Assembly (NCBI GenBank): GCA_964531425.1
Contig: CAZHEI010000002.1
Span: 7,798 to 71,797, forward strand
Origin: an uncultured Vampirovibrio sp.
GTDB taxonomy: Bacteria; Cyanobacteriota; Vampirovibrionia; Gastranaerophilales; Gastranaerophilaceae
DNA length: 64,000 nucleotides
Direction: 5' to 3'
Under the pieces are notes generated by a model. That model was not told the origin of the DNA, ran no database searches, and saw only the letters and a list, made by a program, of their open reading frames with translations. The translations under genes and the position numbers were made by a program. Below are positions 50,473 to 58,752 of the stretch, in pieces. The first letter of the stretch is position 1, and each line of letters opens with the position of its first letter.

Positions 50473-51225
50473 CTACCTCACAAAACTTTCTACCAGTGAT
50501 TTTACTATTAAATACCAACCATCAACCATAACAAACATAATGAGTTTGAAAGGCAGTGCAATCATAGAAGGTGGCAGGAACATCATCCCCATTGAAACCA
50601 ATACTGATGAAACAACGATATCAATAACAAGGAATGGAAGATATACAACAAACCCTATTGTGAAAGCCGTTTTTAATTCACTTAAAATAAAAGATGGCAA
50701 GAGGACATAAGTTGGAACATCTTCTTTTGTTTTTGGTTTTTCGATTTTTGCCATTCTTACAAATAAAGCTAATTCTTTTTCGTGAGTTTGTTTAAACATG
50801 AAATTCCTAATAGGCTGAATTCCTCTATCAAGCGCAGCTTGTTGTGTAATTTGATTTTGCATATACGGTTGTAAGGCTTTTTCGTTAATTTCGTTAAAAG
50901 TTGGAGCCATAATAAAGAACGTTAAAATTAGGGCTAAACTTGTTAAAACCTGATTTGGCGGAAGTGAACCGGCACCTAATGCTTGGCGAGTAAGAGCAAG
51001 AACAACAACCAAACGTACAAAACAAGTTGTCATAATCAAAATACTCGGGGCTAGGGTTAAAATTGTTAACCAAATTAAGATTTGTAATCCATTCGTAAAA
51101 TCTTGCGGTGTGTTTGCAGTTTGCATTCCAATGTTTATATTTGGAAACGTCATTGCTGCACAAGACGGTAACACCGTCAAAAATAATCCGGCAAGTGCAT
51201 ATCCCCATTTTTTTAAGATATTCAT
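50473..51225 (-). CDS. fliP: Export gate protein FliP
   Basis: PPNQVL, SELKTAF and MGMMFLPP motifs; signal peptide. Confidence 0.96.
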   Translation of the reverse strand: MNILKKWGYALAGLFLTVLPSCAAMTFPNINIGMQTANTPQDFTNGLQILIWLTILTLAPSILIMTTCFVRLVVVLALTRQALGAGSLPPNQVLTSLALILTFFIMAPTFNEINEKALQPYMQNQITQQAALDRGIQPIRNFMFKQTHEKELALFVRMAKIEKPKTKEDVPTYVLLPSFILSELKTAFTIGFVVYLPFLVIDIVVSSVLVSMGMMFLPPSMIALPFKLIMFVMVDGWYLIVKSLVESFVR

Positions 51226-51280
51226 TTATTAATTCCTCAAAAATCAACTATTTATAAAGAGCCAAAACTCTCCCTACAAT

Positions 51281-51310
51281 ATTGTATATGATAGAGGTAT
51301 ACTAGAGCAA
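51281..51310 (-). promoter_or_regulatory. Candidate sigma70 promoter for the fliP operon
   Basis: TTGCTC-N18-TACAAT; the -10 lies within palindrome TACAATATTGTA (51275-51286). Confidence 0.35.
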
Positions 51311-51337
51311 ACTTTTAATATTTATTAATATTCCATA

Positions 51338-52444
51338 TTAAAATAATTCTTTAGTTTTAGCTCTTATTTCACTATCTATTTCAAAAATTTCGTCTATTGT
51401 CGGTGATTTAATCGGATTATGTATTTCAAGCATTTTTTCAACAGTATCTATAATATCAAACAGCTTTATCTTTCCATTTAGAAATGCAAAAACTGCTTCT
51501 TCATTTGCAGCATTCATACATACCGGCATAGAACCGCCTATTCGACCACAATCATAAGCGATTTTTAATGCTTTAAACTTATTCCAATCGGGAGCTTCAA
51601 AATCAAGTCTTGCTATTTCTGAAAAACTAAAACTTTTTGACTTGATTCCCTCAAATCGTTCAGGATATGTAATTGCATACTGAATAGGAATATGCATGCT
51701 TGGTAAACCCAATTGCGCAATAACACTACCATCAACATACTCAATTGCAGAATGGACAACGCTTTGGGGATGTACTACAACATCAATTTTATCATAGTCC
51801 ATGCCAAACAAATGATGCGCCTCAATAACTTCAAGACCTTTATTCATAAGAGTTGCACTGTCAACTGTAATTTTTCGTCCCATATTCCAGCGAGGATGCG
51901 CAAGTGCTTGTTCTACAGTAGCATTTTTCATATCCTCAAGAGATTTATGTAAAAATGGCCCGCCTGAAGCTGTTATTATAAGTTTTTCTACTTGTGCAAT
52001 ATCTTTTATACATTGATGAATTGCACAATGTTCACTATCTACCGGAATAATGTTAACACCTTTTTCTTTAGCTAAAGGCATTACAACATCTCCTGCCATA
52101 ACAAGAGTTTCTTTATTCGCTAACGCAATATCTATACCATTATTTATTGCTGTTAGTGTCGGCTTTAAGCCGATTTTACCGGATACCGCAACCAGTATAA
52201 TATCATTATTTTTATCAGAACAAATTTCTTCTAAAGTCTTGAACTCAGCCCCGATAATCAGCTCAGGTTTTGATGCATAAGCATATTTAGGCTTAAATTT
52301 CGAGATTTGTTCATTTAGCAAATCTATATTTGACCCACCAGCAAGCGCAATTATCTCAAACTTGTCAGATAGTTTTTCTATAACCTCTAAAGCTTGTCTT
52401 CCAATTGAACCAGTTGAACCTAAAATACTTATTTTTCTTTTCAT
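51338..52444 (-). CDS. dxr: 1-deoxy-D-xylulose-5-phosphate reductoisomerase
   Basis: LGSTGSIG, ANKE, PVDSEH and NKGLEVIEA motifs. Confidence 0.96.
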   Translation of the reverse strand: MKRKISILGSTGSIGRQALEVIEKLSDKFEIIALAGGSNIDLLNEQISKFKPKYAYASKPELIIGAEFKTLEEICSDKNNDIILVAVSGKIGLKPTLTAINNGIDIALANKETLVMAGDVVMPLAKEKGVNIIPVDSEHCAIHQCIKDIAQVEKLIITASGGPFLHKSLEDMKNATVEQALAHPRWNMGRKITVDSATLMNKGLEVIEAHHLFGMDYDKIDVVVHPQSVVHSAIEYVDGSVIAQLGLPSMHIPIQYAITYPERFEGIKSKSFSFSEIARLDFEAPDWNKFKALKIAYDCGRIGGSMPVCMNAANEEAVFAFLNGKIKLFDIIDTVEKMLEIHNPIKSPTIDEIFEIDSEIRAKTKELF

Positions 52445-52494
52445 AAGTTTATTATAATACAAAAATAAAGTTTGCTTTTATGACAATAAAAAAT

Positions 52495-52567
52495 TGCGCT
52501 TGGCGCGATTCGAACGCGCGACCTATCCCTTAAAAGGGGAGTGCTCTACCTGCTGAGCTACAAGCGC
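52495..52567 (-). tRNA. tRNA-Lys (anticodon TTT), CCA not encoded
   Basis: GCGCTTG TA GCTC AGCAGGTA GAGC A CTCCC CTTTTAA GGGAT AGGTC GCGCG TTCGAAT CGCGC CAAGCGC A. Confidence 0.95.
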
Positions 52568-52644
52568 AAATTTTAATAAAATTTGTAAAACTATTTATTT
52601 TTCAATTACCTTTCGGACTAGCTGGTCTACTGACCACAAGAGCT

Positions 52645-52673
52645 ATGATATCAAGAACAAATTTTACTGTCAA
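52645..52673 (-). promoter_or_regulatory. Sigma70 promoter for tRNA-Lys(TTT)
   Basis: TTGACA-N17-TATCAT with TGn extension. Confidence 0.7.
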
Positions 52674-53688
52674 GCGTTTTTTTATTAACCTTTATTTCTT
52701 CAATAATAGTTTGGACTTCATTCGATATATCGCTTTTGTTTTCAATATTTTCTCTAACGAGTTTTGCAAATTCTGCTTTTTTAAACTCATGCAAACCTTT
52801 TGTCTTAAAGATTTCTTCAAGTATCTTTGCAGTTGGCATATCTTCTGCGAAATCGGATTCAGTAATTTCTACAAAGTTCTCAAAATGAGAGTTCACAGTT
52901 TTGACAATTAAGTTCTTTGGCAACAAATCTTCGAATTCTCCGCATGAAACAAGATGAATTCTGTCTTGAATTCTTAAGCGAGGTTTGATTTGTTGAATAT
53001 TTTCTTCCGCATCTTTATCTAATAGAACAAAAATAGGGCATTTAAGTTCTTGAGAAAGTTCATAATACATTTTTACAACTTGATTTTTCCCACCTGCAGC
53101 AATAACTTGTATACCTTTGGCATAAAAATCATAATCGAGCAGTTTTGAAAAAGCCGGAAGTAAAATTTCTTCCGTTATTCCTTCTACAAGAAGGACTTCT
53201 TCTATAGGATATTTCAACAATTTATTTTCTCGTAAATTTACAATCGATGAATTCAAAAAATCCATATTTTCATCTTGCTTATAAATATTAATTAATTCTT
53301 TCAGCCATCTTAAATTTACAGGACATTCTTCCGGTACTAATTCAATCGCACTAATATAATCAATATTATTATTTAGTAATTTTTTAGTTTCACTATTGTT
53401 TACAAAAACACTGTTTTCATAATTTTTTAAAAATAATATTATTCTATTGTTTAATACCATATTTGCACTAGACTTTGACAAAGAATTATTAAAAATTTCT
53501 GAAACATAATTCGTCAGTAATTCAAAATCCATGTTTGCAATTTCATTTCGTTTTAATTTTGGCTCTAACAAACAGTTTACAAATATATCAGAAAATACTC
53601 TTAAATATTTTTCACGAGTATTTTTGAAACGTGTTAATCTATCAAGTGATATAATTATTTGTTCTTTTGTTAACTTTTTATACTTCAT
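52651..53688 (-). CDS. OLD-family TOPRIM-domain protein lacking an ATPase domain
   Basis: LLVEGITEEILLP, GGK, LLDKD and EFEDLL; no Walker A motif. Confidence 0.7.
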   Translation of the reverse strand: MKYKKLTKEQIIISLDRLTRFKNTREKYLRVFSDIFVNCLLEPKLKRNEIANMDFELLTNYVSEIFNNSLSKSSANMVLNNRIILFLKNYENSVFVNNSETKKLLNNNIDYISAIELVPEECPVNLRWLKELINIYKQDENMDFLNSSIVNLRENKLLKYPIEEVLLVEGITEEILLPAFSKLLDYDFYAKGIQVIAAGGKNQVVKMYYELSQELKCPIFVLLDKDAEENIQQIKPRLRIQDRIHLVSCGEFEDLLPKNLIVKTVNSHFENFVEITESDFAEDMPTAKILEEIFKTKGLHEFKKAEFAKLVRENIENKSDISNEVQTIIEEIKVNKKTLDSKICS

Positions 53689-53787
53689 TTGTAACTATTT
53701 TATAATTTATTTAAAAATTTTTCAAATCTCTAGAATTCAGCAGTATCAATATTTATAGAATAATTATATACTTCTTATCGCAAACCT

Positions 53788-53805
53788 CTTGTAAAGTTTT
53801 GTAAC
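53788..53805 (-). promoter_or_regulatory. HLR1-like direct repeat
   Basis: Minus strand GTTACAAA-AC-TTTACAAG. Confidence 0.5.
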
Positions 53806-53823
53806 GAAATTACTTAAATTGCG

Positions 53824-53853
53824 CAATTTTAGGGAAAAGATATACTTTATATA
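53824..53853 (+). promoter_or_regulatory. Shared bipartite upstream motif, copy 3
   Basis: CAATTTT-N11-ATACTTTATATA. Confidence 0.7.
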
Positions 53854-53891
53854 TGTAAGAGTATAAAAAAACTAAAAGGACACGACGTAAA

Positions 53892-54680
53892 ATGGCACTT
53901 TTGTTAGCAATGTATCAAAAAATGCGCTTGATTCGAGAAAAGAATCAAGTTACATACGATCTAACAAAGTACTCTAGCAAATTAGATAGAGTAACTAAAA
54001 ACATCGAACGTGTTCAAAAAAGATACAACAGTTTGTTTGCTCAGTTAGAATCTCAAGCTAAAATGATGCAATCAAATGCAACAGTAATGTTCCAAAATAT
54101 TGCCGGCATTGGTAATAATTGCGTAAATGTAAACAACTATTCAGGTATGAATGGATTTGTATACAACATTATGGGCAATATGCTTTCACAAGGTGGAATG
54201 AAATACAAAGATGGTAACGGTGAAGATCAAGTATTACCGGGAATGTCACAAAATGATATTCAAGCAATGATGAACGAATACATGTCAAACGGTGGACAGT
54301 TCTTGCGTAAAAAAGATCCAGAAGACGAGACAAAATATTTACAAAATGAATATGAAAATTGGTCACCGGAACAAGTTGCAGCATTTAATCAAGCAATGCG
54401 TGCTGGTCAAATGCAACAACAACAAGCTCAAATGTGGGTTCAAAATCAAAATCAACAATACGGAAATAACATATCCATCTGGTTGGAAAATGCGAAAGCA
54501 CAACTTGAAGCTGAACAGGATGCAGCTCTTGAACCACTCAACTACCAAGAAACAATGTGGGAACTCGAAAAGACACAAGCAGACAACAAACTCAAGAGAA
54601 TCAATGCACAACTCGAATCTTACGACCAACTTGTTTCTCAAGAATCCGAAAAATCGGCTCCAACATTCGGTCTCAGATAA
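53892..54680 (+). CDS. Orphan Gln/Asn/Met-rich coiled-coil protein, probably highly expressed
   Basis: AAAGGA RBS; helical termini; many C-ending codons; own terminator. Confidence 0.85.
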   Translation: MALLLAMYQKMRLIREKNQVTYDLTKYSSKLDRVTKNIERVQKRYNSLFAQLESQAKMMQSNATVMFQNIAGIGNNCVNVNNYSGMNGFVYNIMGNMLSQGGMKYKDGNGEDQVLPGMSQNDIQAMMNEYMSNGGQFLRKKDPEDETKYLQNEYENWSPEQVAAFNQAMRAGQMQQQQAQMWVQNQNQQYGNNISIWLENAKAQLEAEQDAALEPLNYQETMWELEKTQADNKLKRINAQLESYDQLVSQESEKSAPTFGLR

Positions 54681-54701
54681 TAATAATTATCATAATATAT
54701 C

Positions 54702-54733
54702 AAGAAGTCCTCCTAATCGAGGACTTTCTTTTT
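54702..54733 (+). terminator. Intrinsic terminator
   Basis: AAGTCCTC-CTAATC-GAGGACTT followed by a T-tract. Confidence 0.8.
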
Positions 54734-54734
54734 G

Positions 54735-54897
54735 ATTGTGAATAAGTTGTTACGATTTTTTGTGAATAGTGAATAGGAAATAGTGAATTGAGAAAAGGTG
54801 ACTAAGTGATTAAGTGAATAGGTGAATAAGAGGTTACAGGTTTTTTCTTGAAAAACTCTGTAACAATTTTCCACTTTCAATTTTCAATTTATAAAAA
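54735..54897. repeat. Mosaic 7/8-mer intergenic repeat
   Basis: GTGAATA and GTGACTAA units; reverse complement matches 1655-1692, 1879-1895 and 2068-2097. Confidence 0.75.
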
Positions 54898-56376
54898 TTA
54901 AGCTTCTATATTATACATCCCAGGGAATTCATTTTTACCGGTTTTTTGTTTTGTAACCCAATACTGGAATTTTGGAATAAGAGTAGACAAGAACAGTGCT
55001 GCGACTGTAAATCCTGCTGCAAAATTAATTCCACTGAATATAAGATTACTATTTTTAGCTTTTTTCAAGATATCTTTGTTTATTTTCCCGTCTTTTGCGT
55101 GTTTACAGATATCTTTAACATAGTCTTCCATTTGAAATTTTAAGCCATACAATCTGCTATTAGATACATATTTATATGGATCTTTATGTGCACCTTTTGT
55201 GAAGTCATTAAAAACACTGTCTAGTAATTTCGGATTATTGATTTCAGACACATTAATAGCGTCAATAATTTGTTGTTTTGTAACTACTCGAACTCCTTGA
55301 CGTTTTGGCTGTAATTCGGACATAGCCTTAATTCGCTCAAAAATTTCTTTATTTTTAGAGAGTTCAGTTCCTTCCAGTTTAGGAAGTTCTATAACTTTAA
55401 GCGGTTCTGTAGGTTCTTTTCTGAATTTATCCATAAATTTTTCATATCTGCTAAGTTCAGCAGATTCAAATTCTATATCAGTTGGAAGCTTAATTTCACT
55501 TGAATTTTTGCCAAGAACAGCTTTTTTGAACTCTTCTACAGTCATTTCGCCACCTTGACGTTTTAAAAAGTCAGATAAATGTTCATCTAGAATTTTAGTA
55601 GTGTTTGGATTTAATCGGGTTGCTCTACCTGATTCAATGAAATTCAAAAGATTGCCGACATGCCCTTGAGCCCACATGTAGAAGTAAATTGAGCCAATAT
55701 CACGGATAGCGATTTCTCTTCGTTCATCATTATTTCTTGCGCTGTACATTCTACCACTAACCAAACCGGCATCTGTGGAAAGAAGTTTTCCTGTATTTGT
55801 ATTTTCAATGGCATTTGTGAATGCATTGATTGCACCAATTCCACCACCTTTGAATGATGGATTATTTTCTTTTTGATTACTTGATAGTTCAAGATTATCT
55901 TGAGCTTGCGTGTTCTCAGCAATTCTCTTTGATAAATTTTTTGTCAATTTATGATTAAGCGGTGGCACAACAAGTCCAATAAATGCATCAGCAAGAAGAA
56001 TACTTGCAAGGACTTTTATACCTTTTGCAATAGCAACTGTTTTCTTAGAATACCCTTTTGGCGGATGTTCTTTCATAAAGTTTTCAAATGGAGTTCTTAA
56101 CTTATCTGAACCCACATCAAAGTTTTCACCAAACATCTTTTTCAATATAGGGTCGCCCACGTGGTCATTAATAACTTTAACCCCGCCTAACCATACAACA
56201 GCCCCGGTAGTTTCTTCTATCAAACGTTCTCTTGCTTCATTTTCTCCGCCCCTTTTATACGCTTGAAGAGTTCTTCCACCCGTAACAGTACTTTCCAAAC
56301 CTATAATTGGTGCAATCGCATCAGGTTTAGTCATATAAGTTATTGCATTAGATATATGATTTATTATTGGGCTCAA
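54898..56376 (-). CDS. Orphan membrane-associated protein with internal duplication
   Basis: Two GR...A...E.RE modules separated by NPSFKGG; hydrophobic segments; TTG start. Confidence 0.75.
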   Translation of the reverse strand: MSPIINHISNAITYMTKPDAIAPIIGLESTVTGGRTLQAYKRGGENEARERLIEETTGAVVWLGGVKVINDHVGDPILKKMFGENFDVGSDKLRTPFENFMKEHPPKGYSKKTVAIAKGIKVLASILLADAFIGLVVPPLNHKLTKNLSKRIAENTQAQDNLELSSNQKENNPSFKGGGIGAINAFTNAIENTNTGKLLSTDAGLVSGRMYSARNNDERREIAIRDIGSIYFYMWAQGHVGNLLNFIESGRATRLNPNTTKILDEHLSDFLKRQGGEMTVEEFKKAVLGKNSSEIKLPTDIEFESAELSRYEKFMDKFRKEPTEPLKVIELPKLEGTELSKNKEIFERIKAMSELQPKRQGVRVVTKQQIIDAINVSEINNPKLLDSVFNDFTKGAHKDPYKYVSNSRLYGLKFQMEDYVKDICKHAKDGKINKDILKKAKNSNLIFSGINFAAGFTVAALFLSTLIPKFQYWVTKQKTGKNEFPGMYNIEA

Positions 56377-56506
56377 AATTTAAACCTTTCAAATATTCGG
56401 CTATTTTATAAAATGAGTGTAAATATTACTATTTGCTAATTTTAACCCAAAATGTTACAAAAATAAAAAAAAGTTTACAATTGAAAGATGCAACGAGCCA
56501 ATTTGT

Positions 56507-56980
56507 TTACAATAAAGAATCCACTATTTCTCTAAAAGCACCATTCCCGCCTTTGCAAGTTGTTACTTGGATATTATTAATTGTTTGAATCTTATTTACA
56601 GCATCTGGAACTGTAATTGCATATTTTGCTCGACAAAGTGAATCATAATCATTTACATCATCTCCTATGTAAACAAATTCATCATCTGAAAGATTATATT
56701 TCTCTATTATTGAATTCAATACCTCAAGTTTATTACGAATTCCTTGATGAACTTCTTCTATATCAAACTTTTTTGAGATAAGTTCTATTGCAGAATTAGC
56801 TTCGCCGGAAATAATTCCAATTTTAAACCCGTTTTTGCGTAACAACGAAAAAGCCATAACATCTTTGAAATTAAGCTTTCGTGACATTCCGCCGTTTTCA
56901 TCTACATAGACACAGTTATCAGTAACAATGCCATCAAAATCGGTAATAACCATTTTTATCGAGTCAGGTAATTTAATCAT
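56507..56980 (-). CDS. KdsC-like HAD phosphatase (ulosonate-phosphate phosphatase)
   Basis: DFDGIVTD, ISG, IGDDVND and GGNGAFRE motifs. Confidence 0.85.
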   Translation of the reverse strand: MIKLPDSIKMVITDFDGIVTDNCVYVDENGGMSRKLNFKDVMAFSLLRKNGFKIGIISGEANSAIELISKKFDIEEVHQGIRNKLEVLNSIIEKYNLSDDEFVYIGDDVNDYDSLCRAKYAITVPDAVNKIQTINNIQVTTCKGGNGAFREIVDSLL

Positions 56981-56999
56981 TTTACCTCATTTACCCCTT

Positions 57000-57875
57000 C
57001 TATCCCTTTACTCGTCGTAATTTTTCTATAATTGGAAATTCTCTTGGATAAACAATTTTTTGTCCATCTCCAAGTAAATCGGGAACTTGTCTGATATCTC
57101 TAACCATGTGATAAAGACCAGCCATTTCAAGACTGGCAGCTTGATCAGAACCCCAATTTGTTCTATCAACAGTAATATGTCTTTCAACAGAGTTAGCCCC
57201 AAGTGCAACCGCCAATACGGAAGGTGTAACTCCTCTTTCATGTCCGGAGTAACCAATTGGACAGTTAAACTTAGTTTTAAATGTTTCTATAACTTTTAGA
57301 TTAGTTTCTTCTGCATTTGATGGATAAGTTGATGTACAATGATAAATTACCAAATTATCTTCACCAAGAATTTCTACAGCATGATTTATTTCTTCCATTG
57401 AACTCATGCCTGTAGATAATAAAATAGGTTTTCCTTTTGATTTTGTATGTTTTAATAAATTGTCATCCGTAATTGAAGCTGATGCAATTTTGAAACAAGG
57501 TACATCAAATTGGTCTATAAAATCAACTGATTGCTCATCCCAGCAAGACGCAAACCACAGAATTCCTTTTTCCTTGCAATATTTATCAATTTGTTTGTAT
57601 TCTTCTAAACCGAATTCAAGCCCACGTTTTAAATCCCCATTTGTATTTCCAAAAACGCTTTTTCTTTCTTTTGCAAGTTCTTCTTTTGTGTATACAATGT
57701 CAACCGTTCTTTTTTGAAATTTTACAGCATCACAACCTGTTGTAACAGCTATATCTATCATTTTTTTTGCAAGTGCAATTGAACCATTATGGTTAATACC
57801 AATTTCAGCAATTATAAAACAAGGATATCCATCACCGATAATTTTATCAGCTATTTTTACACACTTTGACATCAA
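57000..57875 (-). CDS. NeuB-family nonulosonic acid (phosphate) synthase, short form without SAF domain
   Basis: IAEIGINHNG, VKFQKR, KIAS, STGMS, HCTSTYP, GYSGH and ERHIT motifs. Confidence 0.9.
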   Translation of the reverse strand: MMSKCVKIADKIIGDGYPCFIIAEIGINHNGSIALAKKMIDIAVTTGCDAVKFQKRTVDIVYTKEELAKERKSVFGNTNGDLKRGLEFGLEEYKQIDKYCKEKGILWFASCWDEQSVDFIDQFDVPCFKIASASITDDNLLKHTKSKGKPILLSTGMSSMEEINHAVEILGEDNLVIYHCTSTYPSNAEETNLKVIETFKTKFNCPIGYSGHERGVTPSVLAVALGANSVERHITVDRTNWGSDQAASLEMAGLYHMVRDIRQVPDLLGDGQKIVYPREFPIIEKLRRVKG

Positions 57876-57885
57876 AACTCCTCTT

Positions 57886-58686
57886 CTAATTTAAATATTT
57901 TTTGTATAAAGCAAAATCATCAGGGTCAACGATATGCTCAGATTTTGGCATTTCATTTTCTTCTTCAACAGCAGATTCTTGAGTAAATAAAGAATCTATT
58001 ATTACTTCCGAATTTTCATCTATTTCCACAGGTTCTTTAATATCAGTGTCTTTCATTTCAGATTGAATTTCGTTTTCCTCAACTTCATTCATCGGTTTAT
58101 GTGTTTTTGTTGCTAATTTTGAAAAATTAATAAACGGAATTTCGATTTTTGGAATCTCAATTTTCGGGATTTGAATATTTGGAATTTCAATATGTGAATA
58201 TTCATCACCAGAATCACCAAGTTTAACATTGCCCAAATCTTTAATCAGTTGAATTGCACTTGAAGATGCACCTATAAGCATGCGTTTGCCATCAAGTTCT
58301 ACAACATGAAGAGTTTTATTATTTCCTAATTGAGTAGTTGATATAACAGAAACATGAGAACTCGCAAAATCACCTTGCTGGCGTTTCATTGTTTTAAATC
58401 CAACTTTATTTAACTTCGCATAAAGAATTCCTGTCACATAGATTAGCAACACAACGAAAACTAACGAAAGTACAACAGAAATCATGCTCGGTTCATGCCC
58501 GATAGTTTGTGCACCAAGAGTTGAAACATCAGCTGCACCGCTAACTGTTGCGGCTTGTGCAGATTGTCCGGAATACGATAATGGAGCCGGTAAATCAGGT
58601 AATATTTCAAATTTTTCGACAGCATACGCAACAGCTGTGTTTAAGCTACAAAATACTCCCATACCGTACATTAAAAACTTTTTCAT
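57886..58686 (-). CDS. fliO: FliO-like export-gate assembly protein
   Basis: Signal + single TM, then VISTTQLGNNKTLHVVELDGKRMLIGASSSAIQLI (FliO beta domain). Confidence 0.7.
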   Translation of the reverse strand: MKKFLMYGMGVFCSLNTAVAYAVEKFEILPDLPAPLSYSGQSAQAATVSGAADVSTLGAQTIGHEPSMISVVLSLVFVVLLIYVTGILYAKLNKVGFKTMKRQQGDFASSHVSVISTTQLGNNKTLHVVELDGKRMLIGASSSAIQLIKDLGNVKLGDSGDEYSHIEIPNIQIPKIEIPKIEIPFINFSKLATKTHKPMNEVEENEIQSEMKDTDIKEPVEIDENSEVIIDSLFTQESAVEEENEMPKSEHIVDPDDFALYKKYLN

Positions 58687-58752
58687 TTATTTATACCCAG
58701 ATTTCTGTTATAATTATATCATACATGAAAATTTAAAATAGGTCTACTCGTC

